Source: Gemmatimonadales bacterium
GTDB taxonomy: Bacteria > Gemmatimonadota > Gemmatimonadetes > Longimicrobiales > Gaopeijiaceae
Assembly: GCA_041309665.1 (NCBI GenBank)
Contig: JBFYZE010000088.1
Coordinates: 1 to 50,397, forward strand
DNA length: 50,397 nucleotides
Direction of reading: 5' to 3'
Program-made: the position numbers and the translations under genes
In this document: positions 9,845 to 19,342 of the stretch, piece after piece
Layout of the letters: each line of letters opens with the position of its first letter
Numbering within the stretch: the stretch's first letter is position 1
Notes under the pieces: generated by a model
The model's input: only the letters and a program-made list of their open reading frames with translations
What the model was told of the DNA's origin: nothing
The model's database searches: none

Positions 9845-11856
9845 ACCTCCGCGTCCTCCACCGCCGCCTCGCCGTCCTCATGGCCATGGCCGGGCTGCTC
9901 GCCTTCGCCGGAGGCGCCGGGGTGGAGCCGGTCTCCGCCCTCCTCGCTGCAGCGGCCCTCGTGCTCGCGCTCTTCTGGCAGCCCGGCCGGGAGCTCTCCG
10001 CCCGCATGGAGCGCGTCTGGCTCCCCCTGGTCCTCCTCCTCGTGGCCCGGGCGCTCCTGCACGTCTTCGTCGTCCGTGACGACGTCGTGGTCCCGGTCGT
10101 GGACCTCCTCCTCCTGCTCCTGGCGGCCGAGGCCCTCCGCACCCTGGACGCGCCCAACGACTTCCGCCTCTACGCCCTCTCCTTCGCACTCCTCCTGGCG
10201 GCCACGGCCTACCGTCCCGGCATCCTCTTCCTGGTGGCCTTCGTGGCGTACGTGGGGCTCGCCACGCTGGGGCTCATGGTCGGACACCTGCGCCGGGCCG
10301 CCGAGAGGCACGGGGTGCGGGAGATCCCGCTCGGCCGGCCCCTCCTCTGGACCACCACGGGGCTGACCGGGGTGATCCTGCTGGTGGCCGCCGCGGTCTT
10401 CGTCGTCTTCCCCCGGGTGTCCCGCGGGTGGGCCGGACGCGGGGAGACGCTGGCCACCTCCATCGCCGGCTTCAGCGACCAGGTTTCCCTCGGCGGGCAC
10501 GGCTCCACGATCCTCGGGAACCCCCAGATCGTCCTCCGCGTGGAGTTCCCGGACGGCCTCCCCCAGGGTTACCAGGGGCTCCATTGGCGGGGACGCTCCT
10601 ACGACCGCTTCGACGGGGTGCGGTGGACGCGCTCGCGGGGCATGCCTCCTTCCGGCGGCTCCACCCGCTGGTACCGGGACCGCTGGCGCGCCCCCAGGGT
10701 GGAGCAGAGGATCTACGGAGCGCCGCTGGACGTGCGCGTCCTGTTCGCCCTCCATCCGGTGCTCGACGTGGATCCGGAGAACGGGATCCAACCCCTCTTC
10801 GACAACGCCGGCGACTTCCTCTACTGGGGCTCCGTCGCCCCGGCGTACACGGCGTGGTCCCCGGGCGCCATCCCCCCGGCGCAGGAGCTGCGCGAGGTGG
10901 AGGCGGGGTACGCGCCGCTGGGGCGCTACTTCCTGCAGCTTCCCGGGTTGGACCCCAGGATCCCGGCGCTGGTCGACTCCCTGACCGCCGGGCTCGCCAC
11001 CCGCTACGACCGGGTGGTGGCCGTCGAGGACCACCTCCGCTCCTTCGCGTACACGAGGGAGCTCCCGGCCACCGCCCGGGAGACGTCGCTGGAGCACTTC
11101 CTCTTCCAGCGCCGCGCCGGGCATTGCGAGTACTTCTCCACCGCCATGGTGGTCCTGCTGCGCGCCGCCGGCATCGAGGCCCGCAACGTGAACGGGCTCC
11201 TGGGCGGCGAGTGGAACGACTTCGGGGGCTACCTCGCCGTGACCCAGAACCAGGCCCATTCGTGGGTGGAGGTGTGGTTCCCCGGGTACGGGTGGGTCAC
11301 GTTCGACCCCACACCCGCCGGAGCCGGCGGTGGCGAGGGCTCGGAGGCTTGGTTCTGGCCCGGGCGGATCTTCTTCGACGGGCTCCAGCACCGCTGGAAC
11401 AAGTGGGTCCTGGACTACGACCTGGAGACCCAGGGAGGGATCTTCGATCGCTGGTCCGGCCTCGTGGGGAGCCCGAGCGTCGAGGATGTCGTGGAGCGGA
11501 GCTCCGACACCGGGGCCGGGGTCATCTGGGGCCCTCTCGTCCTCTCCGCGCTCGTCCTGGCCGGATTCTTGTGGGCACGGAGGGACAGGCGCTTCGTTCC
11601 GCCGGAGACCCGGGTCTACCTGCGGCTCCGCGAGGCGTGCGAGCGCGGCGGCGTGAACGTGAGCCCCGGGCTCACGCCTCTCGCCCTCGTGTCGCGGATC
11701 AGCGTCCACCGAGCCGAGGCCGCCGGCGCCGCGGCGCGGCTCGTGGACGCTTATCTTCGTGCACGGTACGGAAGCGAGCGCCCCGACGAGGCCGAGCTTC
11801 GCGCCATGGCCACGGCACTGAAGGAAGCTCGGCGCAGCCTCCGGGCGAAGGCGTGA
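9841..11856 (+). CDS. Transglutaminase-like membrane protein (N-terminal multi-TM region, TGase core, C-terminal TM and tail)
   Basis: ATG at 9841 (MNLRVLHRRLAVLMAM...). Catalytic Cys context is GHCEYFSTAMVVLLRAAGIEAR. His/Asp context is AHSWVEVWF..GWVTFDPT. Confidence 0.85.
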   Translation: MNLRVLHRRLAVLMAMAGLLAFAGGAGVEPVSALLAAAALVLALFWQPGRELSARMERVWLPLVLLLVARALLHVFVVRDDVVVPVVDLLLLLLAAEALRTLDAPNDFRLYALSFALLLAATAYRPGILFLVAFVAYVGLATLGLMVGHLRRAAERHGVREIPLGRPLLWTTTGLTGVILLVAAAVFVVFPRVSRGWAGRGETLATSIAGFSDQVSLGGHGSTILGNPQIVLRVEFPDGLPQGYQGLHWRGRSYDRFDGVRWTRSRGMPPSGGSTRWYRDRWRAPRVEQRIYGAPLDVRVLFALHPVLDVDPENGIQPLFDNAGDFLYWGSVAPAYTAWSPGAIPPAQELREVEAGYAPLGRYFLQLPGLDPRIPALVDSLTAGLATRYDRVVAVEDHLRSFAYTRELPATARETSLEHFLFQRRAGHCEYFSTAMVVLLRAAGIEARNVNGLLGGEWNDFGGYLAVTQNQAHSWVEVWFPGYGWVTFDPTPAGAGGGEGSEAWFWPGRIFFDGLQHRWNKWVLDYDLETQGGIFDRWSGLVGSPSVEDVVERSSDTGAGVIWGPLVLSALVLAGFLWARRDRRFVPPETRVYLRLREACERGGVNVSPGLTPLALVSRISVHRAEAAGAAARLVDAYLRARYGSERPDEAELRAMATALKEARRSLRAKA

Positions 11857-11869
11857 GGAGGAAAGCCGG

Positions 11870-12673
11870 ATGAACGGAATGCCAAAGGGACCCACCGGCC
11901 TGTGGGGAGGCCGCCAGGTGCCGGCGCAGGGTGAGCTCGAGCGCCTGGATATCGGTCCTCTCACCATGTGGCTGCACGCCGAGGCTGGTGAGCTCTGGAT
12001 CACCCACGCCCGGTCGCCGGAAGGGCGAGAGCCGGACCGATCCCTCCCCGACGGCGCCCAGTGGAGCCGGTGGGCGCTCCCGGAGGGTCACCGCCACCTG
12101 CACCTGTCCCCGGTGTTCCCCGACCGCCCGCTCGTGGTGAAGCCGGAGCACGCCTTCACGCTGATGCGCCGGGCGAGCGCGCGCATCTACATGCGCATCC
12201 CCGTGTGGGTCCGGGTGGAGATCACGGACCGTCCGGGCGGTCGGAGCGCCCTCCTCACCGAGATCCCCACCGTGACGCTCTCCGAGACCTGGTGGGGCGA
12301 TGTCCGCGACGGCGAGATGGCCTATTGGCTGACGACCACGGGGCGCCGGAAGCTCACCCCCGAACTCTTCGGCGCACACACGGTCATCAGCGCCGTGCAG
12401 CTCGACAACCTTTCGGAGGACGACCTGCAGGTCGAGAAGCTCTCCCTGAGGGTCGACCATCTCAGCGTCTACGAGAAGGACGGCTGGCTCTGGGCCGAGG
12501 AGGTCCGCGTGGAGTACCACGGAGACGACGAGGGCACCGAGATCCACATGGACGACACCGCGCCGCCCGAGGCGGCGGGCGCCCGGGAGATCTCGCCGGC
12601 CCGGGTCCAGGGACGCTCCTTCAAGGCCCGGACCTTCGCGCGCCTGCGCGCGCTCTCCGGGTGGGGAGGCTGA
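11870..12673 (+). CDS. Hypothetical cytoplasmic protein (267 aa), family not recognised
   Basis: Strong GAGGAGGAAAG SD ends 5 nt before the ATG. G/C-rich third positions throughout. Sits 13 nt after the TGase stop and 2 nt before the mscS start. Confidence 0.6.
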   Translation: MNGMPKGPTGLWGGRQVPAQGELERLDIGPLTMWLHAEAGELWITHARSPEGREPDRSLPDGAQWSRWALPEGHRHLHLSPVFPDRPLVVKPEHAFTLMRRASARIYMRIPVWVRVEITDRPGGRSALLTEIPTVTLSETWWGDVRDGEMAYWLTTTGRRKLTPELFGAHTVISAVQLDNLSEDDLQVEKLSLRVDHLSVYEKDGWLWAEEVRVEYHGDDEGTEIHMDDTAPPEAAGAREISPARVQGRSFKARTFARLRALSGWGG

Positions 12674-12675
12674 GC

Positions 12676-13557
12676 ATGCTCACCATGGCCATGGCGTTCC
12701 AGCAGGCCCAGGAGGCCGCCCCCACCGGCTTCGACCTCGACCGCCTGCTCGCGGAGCCCGGACCTCTCATCCGGGGCGCGCTCCTGCTGTTCGTGGGGAT
12801 CCCCGCCGTATGGGCACTGTCGCGCTGGATGCGCGGGCACATCTCGGGGCGCTACAACGCGCAGAAGGGGCTGGTGGTCCACAAGCTGATCTTCTGGCCC
12901 CTCGCGCTCATCATCGTCGTGTCGGTCCTGAAGGAGCTCGGATTCAGCCTTGCGCCTCTGCTGGGCGCGGCGGGGATCCTGGGCATCGCCATCGGGTTCG
13001 CCTCGCAGACGTCCGTCTCCAACATCATCAGCGGCTTCTTCCTCCTCGGGGAGGAGCCCTTCAAGGTCGGAGACACCATCCAGGTGGGCGACATGGAGGG
13101 GGTCGTGCTCACCATCGACATGCTGTCGGTCAAAGTGCGCACGTTCGACAACCGGATGGTGCGCATCCCCAACGAAACGTTGGTGAAGTCCCAGTTCACC
13201 AACGTGAGCTACTTCCCCATCCGCCGGGTGGACATGCCGGTGGGCGTGGCGTACAACGAGGACATCGGGCAGGTCCGCCAGATCCTGCTGGACGTGGCGA
13301 AGAGCAACCCCAACGTGCTCATGGAGCCGGAGCCGCTGGTCATCTTCCAGGGCTTCGGGGGATCGTCGGTCGACTTCAAGCTCGCCGTGTGGGTGCGGCA
13401 GGACTCCTATCTGTCCGTGAGGAACGGGATCGCCGAGGACGTGAAGAAGAGGCTCGACGCCGAGGGGATCGAGATCCCCTTCCCCCACGTGTCCCTGTAC
13501 GCAGGAACGGAGACCGGACCCCTCCCCATCCGCCTTGTGAAGGAGGATGACGCATGA
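12676..13557 (+). CDS. mscS: Small-conductance mechanosensitive channel (MscS family)
   Basis: ATG at 12676 with a GGGGAGG SD. Three TM helices, then the MscS core GIAIGFASQTSVSNIISGFFLLGEEPFKVGDTIQV and the beta-domain. Confidence 0.85.
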   Translation: MLTMAMAFQQAQEAAPTGFDLDRLLAEPGPLIRGALLLFVGIPAVWALSRWMRGHISGRYNAQKGLVVHKLIFWPLALIIVVSVLKELGFSLAPLLGAAGILGIAIGFASQTSVSNIISGFFLLGEEPFKVGDTIQVGDMEGVVLTIDMLSVKVRTFDNRMVRIPNETLVKSQFTNVSYFPIRRVDMPVGVAYNEDIGQVRQILLDVAKSNPNVLMEPEPLVIFQGFGGSSVDFKLAVWVRQDSYLSVRNGIAEDVKKRLDAEGIEIPFPHVSLYAGTETGPLPIRLVKEDDA

Positions 13558-13832
13558 GCGAAGCAACGCGCGGCGTGCACCTGGCCACCGTGGCCCACGA
13601 GGGGCGCATCTGGGACGCGTACCTCGAGTTCGACGACGAGGCGTCGCTGAGGGACTACCGGGCGCGGGTGCGCTTCTCGTCCCCCGAGGCCGACCGCTTC
13701 TACCGGACGACGGTGATCATCATCGAGCCGAGCTACGAGGAGGCGGTCCACCACGCCCGCGGCCTCGAGGAGCGCCAACTGCAGGCGCTGCTCAGGTCGG
13801 TGCTGCCGGACGAGGCAGACGCGTCGCAGTAG
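13554..13832 (+). CDS. Hypothetical small protein (92 aa)
   Basis: ATGA overlap with the mscS stop. GC3-rich codons. No recognisable motif. Confidence 0.5.
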   Translation: MSEATRGVHLATVAHEGRIWDAYLEFDDEASLRDYRARVRFSSPEADRFYRTTVIIIEPSYEEAVHHARGLEERQLQALLRSVLPDEADASQ

Positions 13833-13941
13833 GGCTCGCGAGATCCGGGCACGCGCCCGCGCCCCAGTGCCCGCGGCTGAAGGCCCCGTGCGGTGCGAGG
13901 ACCATGTGTGTTCAGGCGGCCGGCGCGGGTCGTCCGGAGGG

Positions 13942-14037
13942 GGACATCGGCGCCCGGGCTTGGACGACCGGGCGCCGCTAAGCGAGGCCCAAACCAGTCA
14001 GGACGACGTAGCGCGAGGCTAGTAGGCCGAGCGGTCC
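13942..14037. repeat. Structured intergenic repeat, copy A (49-nt hairpin core plus GGCCGAGCGGTCC box)
   Basis: The core GGACATCGGCGCCCGGGCTTGGACGACCGGGCGCCGCTAAGCGAGGCCC matches 42/49 positions with 16796..16844. The box at 14025..14037 is identical to 16881..16893. Lies 44 nt downstream of the permease stop. Confidence 0.65.
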
Positions 14038-14080
14038 CCCAAAGGACACCCGCGCCCGCCGCCCCGACCCGCAAGCTCTG

Positions 14081-16588
14081 TCACTCGTAACGCAGCGCAT
14101 GCATCGGATCCGTCCGCGACGCTCTCACCGCCGGCACGTATCCCGCCCCCAGCGCCACAGCACCCAGCAGCAGCGTCACCCCGATCATCACCCACGGATC
14201 GTTCCCTTCGAGCCCGAACAGGAGCGATTGGGCGGCCTTGCCCAAGGCCAGGGCCGCCAGGATCCCCAGGACCCCACCCACCACGAACATCCGGGTGACC
14301 TGCCGCAGGACCATCCGCCGGACCCTGCCAGCATCGGCCCCCAGCGCCATGCGCAGGCCGAACTCCCGGGTGCGCTGGGCCACGGTGAAGGCCAGCACGC
14401 CGTACAGCCCCACGGCGGCCAGGAGCGTGGCCAGCGCCGCGAAGGCCGACGCCAGGGTGCTGATCGTCCGGTCCAGGAAGACGTTCTCCCGCACCTGCTG
14501 GTCCATCGTCTTGAGCTGCTCCAGAGGAAGGTTGGGATCAAGGCGCTTGAAGACCTCGGGGATCGTCTTCAGGAGCTGCTCGGGCACGAGGGACGTGCGC
14601 ACGTAGAAGGTGATCCAGCCCAGGCGCGCGTCCTGCCGGTACGGCGCGAAGAAGAGCGGTGGCACCTCCTGCTTCACCTCGCTGTACTTCGCGTCCTTCA
14701 CCACGCCCACGATCTGCATGTCCAGCTCGGCGTCCGGCGAGCCACGGTTCGATGACATGAACTTCCCGACGGCCTGCCTCGGATCCAGGTTGAACTTCCG
14801 CGCGAAAGCCTCGTTGATAATGGCGACCTTGGGCGCGCCCGGGCCGTCCGACACGTCGAACTCGCGGCCGCCCAGCAGAGGGATCCCCAGGGTTCCGAAG
14901 TAATCGGGGCCGATCTCGTTGTAGCGGGAGTTGGAATCGATGTCGGGCCCCCGCTGGAAGCCCTGCACGGCGACGTCGGTGCCCCAGTTGCTCCCGCCCA
15001 GCACCGGCACCAGCGCCGAGGTGACCCCCGTCACCCCGGGGATGGCGGCCAGCTCAGCCTCCGCCCGCTCGAAGAGCGCCAGGGTCCGCTCGGGCTCGTA
15101 GCCGTTGAGCACGGGCGAGACGCCGAAGGTCACCACGTTCTCCGGGTCCAGCCCCAGGTCCACGCGGCTGACGTTCACCACGCTCTTGATGAAGAGCCCC
15201 GCCGCCACCAGCAGCGCCATGGAGAGGGCGATCTGCGCCGTCACCAGCGAGCTCCGGAAGCGGGCTGCGTTCCGGGCCCCCGACGGCTGGCCCGAGCTGC
15301 TCTTGAGCATGGTCACGAGGTCGGCGCGCGAGGCGTGCAGCGCCGGATAGAAGCCGAAGAGGAAGCCGGTCCCGAGAGCCAGCAGCCCGGTGAACGCGAT
15401 GACCGTCGGGCTGATCTCCAGTTTCAGGCCGCTGACGGCGTCCGGCGGCAGAAGCGAGCCGATGAGCGCCATCGTCCACTGCGCCACGAACAGGCTCAAG
15501 ACGCCGGCCAGGAGCGCCATCAGCACCGACTCGGTGAGGAGCTGGCGGATGAGGCCCCCGCGGCTCGCGCCCAGGGAGCCGCGGACCGCCATCTCCTGGC
15601 TGCGGCCGGCGCCCCGCGCCAGCAGCAGGTTGGCGACGTTGGCGCATGCGATGAGGAGCACCAGGCCGGTGATGCCGAAGAGGATGTTGAGCGGGGTCTC
15701 CGCTTCGTGGTGCACGTTGCTCTGGCCGCGATACCCCGGCTCCAGGAGGAGCTTCCTGGCCTTGAAGCGCGTCAGCGTTGCCTCGCTCATGCCCTCCTGG
15801 AGCGGGGCTTCCACCTCGTTGATGATGCCCGAGTAGACCGCGTTGATCTCCCGGTCGGCCTGCTCCAGGGTCACGCCGGGCTTCAGGCGCGCGAAGACGT
15901 AGGCCCAGTAGTCGCGCCGGTTCTCCCACCTGTTCCATCCCCGCTCCATCTCCCCGCGCATGATGAGAGGCACGAAGATGTCGGGGACCGAGCCAAGCGT
16001 GGTGCCGCTGAACCCCCGCGCAGCCACGCCCACGATGGTCATGGGATGCCCGTTGACGATGAGAGTCTGGTTCAGGACCGACGGGTCCTCACCCAGGCGG
16101 CTCTCCCAGTAGTTGTGGGAGAGGACCACCACCGCGTGCTCTCCGGGGTTCACGTCGTCGGACTCGACGAAGACCCGCCCCAGGGCGGGCTGGACCCCGA
16201 GGAGCGGGAAGTAGGACCCCGAGACGAGGACGCCCTCGGCGCTCAGGGTCTGCCCCTCGAAGGCCAGATTGGCCCCGAAGATCCGATGCGCCGCCATGCC
16301 GCTGAAGGGCGCCCCGGTCTTCGCCAGGTCGCGGAACATGGCGTGGCTGAAGACGGCCTCGCAGTCGCCGGCCTGGTTGCACGACTGGGACCCCGGCTTC
16401 GGCCCGGGCGCCGCGAGGTTCACCAGCCGGTCCGGCTCCTGCACCGGGAGCGACCGGAGGAGCATCTGGTCGAAGAGCGAGAAGATGGCCGCGTTCGCGC
16501 CGATCCCCAGCGCCAGCGACAGCACGGCCACCGCCGTGAGGAACGGAGACTTCATCAGCGTCCGCACCGCCATCCTCAATCCGCCCAT
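14081..16588 (-). CDS. ADOP/MacB-type ABC transporter permease (duplicated FtsX domains with large periplasmic domains)
   Basis: N-terminus LRMAVRTLMKSPFLTAVAVLSLALGIGANAAIFS is typical of ADOP permeases. Two FtsX-like 4-TM modules. Start chosen at ATG 16588; the ORF extends to 16663. Confidence 0.85.
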   Translation of the reverse strand: MGGLRMAVRTLMKSPFLTAVAVLSLALGIGANAAIFSLFDQMLLRSLPVQEPDRLVNLAAPGPKPGSQSCNQAGDCEAVFSHAMFRDLAKTGAPFSGMAAHRIFGANLAFEGQTLSAEGVLVSGSYFPLLGVQPALGRVFVESDDVNPGEHAVVVLSHNYWESRLGEDPSVLNQTLIVNGHPMTIVGVAARGFSGTTLGSVPDIFVPLIMRGEMERGWNRWENRRDYWAYVFARLKPGVTLEQADREINAVYSGIINEVEAPLQEGMSEATLTRFKARKLLLEPGYRGQSNVHHEAETPLNILFGITGLVLLIACANVANLLLARGAGRSQEMAVRGSLGASRGGLIRQLLTESVLMALLAGVLSLFVAQWTMALIGSLLPPDAVSGLKLEISPTVIAFTGLLALGTGFLFGFYPALHASRADLVTMLKSSSGQPSGARNAARFRSSLVTAQIALSMALLVAAGLFIKSVVNVSRVDLGLDPENVVTFGVSPVLNGYEPERTLALFERAEAELAAIPGVTGVTSALVPVLGGSNWGTDVAVQGFQRGPDIDSNSRYNEIGPDYFGTLGIPLLGGREFDVSDGPGAPKVAIINEAFARKFNLDPRQAVGKFMSSNRGSPDAELDMQIVGVVKDAKYSEVKQEVPPLFFAPYRQDARLGWITFYVRTSLVPEQLLKTIPEVFKRLDPNLPLEQLKTMDQQVRENVFLDRTISTLASAFAALATLLAAVGLYGVLAFTVAQRTREFGLRMALGADAGRVRRMVLRQVTRMFVVGGVLGILAALALGKAAQSLLFGLEGNDPWVMIGVTLLLGAVALGAGYVPAVRASRTDPMHALRYE

Positions 16589-16795
16589 GCCACCCCCGTC
16601 GCGCGTGGGCCCCCGGCCCCGGCGCCTCCGCCCCGGTCCCGCAGCCCCATCCACCAAGGTCACGCACCCTCGCGCGCCCCTGTGAAGTTAAGGACGCAAT
16701 CCAGCGGACGATGGTTGCAGAGCCGAGGCCAGGCTGGCTGGAGCCCGTGTCGGCCGCCCCAGGCCCGAAGGGCCCCGGGGGCGTCCCCTGAAGGC

Positions 16796-16893
16796 GGACA
16801 TCGGCGCCGGGAAGTGGTCGGCCCGGCGCCGCTAAGCGAGGCCCCTAGCCGAAGCGCACCAAGCGACCACCCGGCTCAACGGCCGAGCGGTCC
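16796..16893. repeat. Structured intergenic repeat, copy B
   Basis: Same orientation and architecture as copy A. The stem carries a compensatory C:G to G:C swap. Lies 48 nt downstream of the ABC-2 permease stop. Confidence 0.65.
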
Positions 16894-16940
16894 GCCGGAA
16901 GTGGACGCCCCCGGGGCCCTCGATCCGAGAGCGACCACGA

Positions 16941-18185
16941 TCACGCCTCGCGTACCCACCTCCAGAGCTCCGGCACCGTCGGCCGCTTCCCCGCCATGAG
17001 GATCCCCACCTTGTAGATCCGCCCCGCCACCCACGCCACGCCCACCACCGTCAGCCCCATGAGCACGAACGAGAGCAGCACCTGCCACGCCGGTGCCGCA
17101 CCGATGGAGACGCGGGCGAACATGAGGATGGGGCTGAAGAACGGGAACAGCGACAGCGACACCGAGAGCGTCGTGTTGGGGGACTGGATGGTCTGCATCA
17201 CGAAGAGGATGGGAACGATGACGAGCAGCATCACGGGGAACTGCGCTTGCTGGGCCTCCTCGTCGGTGTTGCACGTGGCGCCCACCGCGGCGTAGAGCCC
17301 CGCGAAGATGAAGTACCCGAACAGGAAGAAGATCAGGAACAGCCCGAGTAGCCCCGCTCCGGGGAGGACCTCCCTCATGTTGGCCAGCGTGGCCAGCTCG
17401 GGCCGTGACGCGATGATGACCGGAAGCGCGGCGCCGGCGAGCACCGCTCCCGACCCGAACCAGACCGCCATCTGCGTGAGCCCCACCGCCCCCACGCCCA
17501 GGATCTTCCCCAGCATCAGATGCCAGGGCTTCATCGAGGAGATGACCACCTCCACGATCCGGCTCGTCTTCTCCTCGAGCGTGGCGCGCATGACCGACAC
17601 CGAGTACAGGAGGAACATCATGTAGAGGAAGAAGGAGCCGAGGTACGCCACCATGAACTGCGGATCCTCGAATCCCGCCCCTTCTCCGGAGAGCATCTCG
17701 ACCTTCAGCTCACCCCCGCTCATGAGCGACTCGGCGTCCACCCCCTGATCCCCGAGGATCTTCTCAAGGGCGGTGCGCGAGACCGCCGCCCGCATGGTCA
17801 CGCGCTGGAGCGTGGACGGCGTCTTGGTTCCGTAGAAGACGGCCGTGCCCGAGGAGAGCGTCTCGTCGTCCAGCAGGAGGAAGCCCCCCAGCTCCTCGTC
17901 CGTGACCTTCTGGGCCAGCCGGGGCACGACGTCCTCGGACCAGGCCTCGCGGGTCACGGTCAATCCGATCTCCTCCAGTCGGGGGATCAACCTCTCGTGG
18001 AGCACCTCGGTGCGGTCCACGAGGGCGATGTTGCGCGAGGCACGCTCCGCCCGGGACCCGGTCAGGATCGGGATCACCATCAGGCCGATCATGAAGAGCG
18101 GACCGCCGATGGTGGAGATGATGAACCACTTGGAGCGGACCCTCTGCAGGTACTCGCGCCGGATGACTGCCCACACGTTGCTCAT
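16941..18185 (-). CDS. ABC-2 type transporter permease (NatB-like)
   Basis: 414 aa. One N-terminal TM, a large extracytoplasmic loop, then 5 C-terminal TMs. ATGA overlap with the upstream ATPase gene. Confidence 0.8.
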   Translation of the reverse strand: MSNVWAVIRREYLQRVRSKWFIISTIGGPLFMIGLMVIPILTGSRAERASRNIALVDRTEVLHERLIPRLEEIGLTVTREAWSEDVVPRLAQKVTDEELGGFLLLDDETLSSGTAVFYGTKTPSTLQRVTMRAAVSRTALEKILGDQGVDAESLMSGGELKVEMLSGEGAGFEDPQFMVAYLGSFFLYMMFLLYSVSVMRATLEEKTSRIVEVVISSMKPWHLMLGKILGVGAVGLTQMAVWFGSGAVLAGAALPVIIASRPELATLANMREVLPGAGLLGLFLIFFLFGYFIFAGLYAAVGATCNTDEEAQQAQFPVMLLVIVPILFVMQTIQSPNTTLSVSLSLFPFFSPILMFARVSIGAAPAWQVLLSFVLMGLTVVGVAWVAGRIYKVGILMAGKRPTVPELWRWVREA

Positions 18186-19144
18186 CGCCGTCCTCCGCCC
18201 AGGGCGTCACTCCGGGGAACACCGGCTTCGTCCGCCGCGGCGGCACCGACGTGCCGGACGAAGATCTCGTGGAGCCGCGGCTCCACCAGGTCGAAGCGGT
18301 AGATGGTGGCGCCGGACTCCACGCCCCTGCGCAGGATGGCCTGGTGGTCCGCGCCCTCGCGCAGGACCACGTGGACGGCTCCGTTCACCGTCTCAACGGA
18401 CTGGACCTCGGGGCCCTGCAGCCACCGGTCCGGGCCGTCGAACTCAACCGCCAGCAGTCCCTTACGCTCGGCCGCCTTGAGCTCCCTCAGGTCGGCGTCG
18501 AGCACCTTCCGGGCCTTGGAGATGAGGCAAACCCTCTGGCACAGGCGCTCCGCCTGGTCCATGAGGTGGGTCGAGAAGAGGATGGTCGTGCCGCGACCGT
18601 GGAAGTCCAGCACGATCTCCTCGAGGGCGTCCTGGTTGATGGGGTCGAGGCCGCTGAACGGCTCGTCGAGAATGAGGAGCTCCGGCTCGTGGATGACGGT
18701 GCCGATGAACTGGATCTTCTGCTGCATCCCCTTGGACAGGTCCTCGACCTTCTTGTCCGCCCACTCGGGGAGGCCCAGGCGCTCGAGCCAGTAGAGCCCG
18801 CGCTTGCGCCCCTCCGCGCGCCGCACACCCCGGATCTCGGCCAGGAACATCACGAAGTCCAGGCACTTCATCTTCCGGTAGACGCCCCGCTCCTCGGGGA
18901 GGTATCCGATCCGCCTCCGGCGCGCCTCGTCCGCGTCGGCGCCGAAGAGGCTCACCCGCCCTTCGTCGGGGTGCAGGATCCCCATGATCATGCGTATCGA
19001 GGTGGTCTTCCCCGACCCGTTGGGGCCCAGGAGCCCGTAGATGACGCCCCGGGGGACCTCCAGGTCCAGCGCCGAGACGGCGGTGTGCTTCCCGAACCGC
19101 TTGGTCACGCCTTCCAGGCGGACCGCGTACCCGTCTTCGCTCAT
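18182..19144 (-). CDS. ABC transporter ATP-binding protein (ABC-2/NatA-like, with C-terminal accessory domain)
   Basis: Walker A is GPNGSGKTT, the signature is LSKGMQQK and Walker B is LLILDEPFSGLD. Confidence 0.9.
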   Translation of the reverse strand: MSEDGYAVRLEGVTKRFGKHTAVSALDLEVPRGVIYGLLGPNGSGKTTSIRMIMGILHPDEGRVSLFGADADEARRRRIGYLPEERGVYRKMKCLDFVMFLAEIRGVRRAEGRKRGLYWLERLGLPEWADKKVEDLSKGMQQKIQFIGTVIHEPELLILDEPFSGLDPINQDALEEIVLDFHGRGTTILFSTHLMDQAERLCQRVCLISKARKVLDADLRELKAAERKGLLAVEFDGPDRWLQGPEVQSVETVNGAVHVVLREGADHQAILRRGVESGATIYRFDLVEPRLHEIFVRHVGAAAADEAGVPRSDALGGGRR

Positions 19145-19342
19145 CGAGGCCCCGCACGTTGGGGATGCCGGAGAAGCCCGGAACTGCCGTTATGGCAGCT
19201 TCGGAACCCCATCTCCGGGAGAAAGCGCTCCATCAGGGTACGGAGATGGGCCGAAACCCCTTCAACGGCGCGAAATCCGTCGCGCTCCGATCCTGATCCG
19301 TGTACATTGATCGGCTGTGGCTCCAGACGAGAGGAGGGCCTG

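Noticed and set aside
8477-12003. Minus-strand ORFs 8477..9838 and 9613..12003 (453 and 796 aa), plus 7729..9066
   Set aside because: They are antisense to the moxR, DUF58 and transglutaminase genes, which carry real motifs. The translations are Arg/Gly/Pro-rich nonsense.
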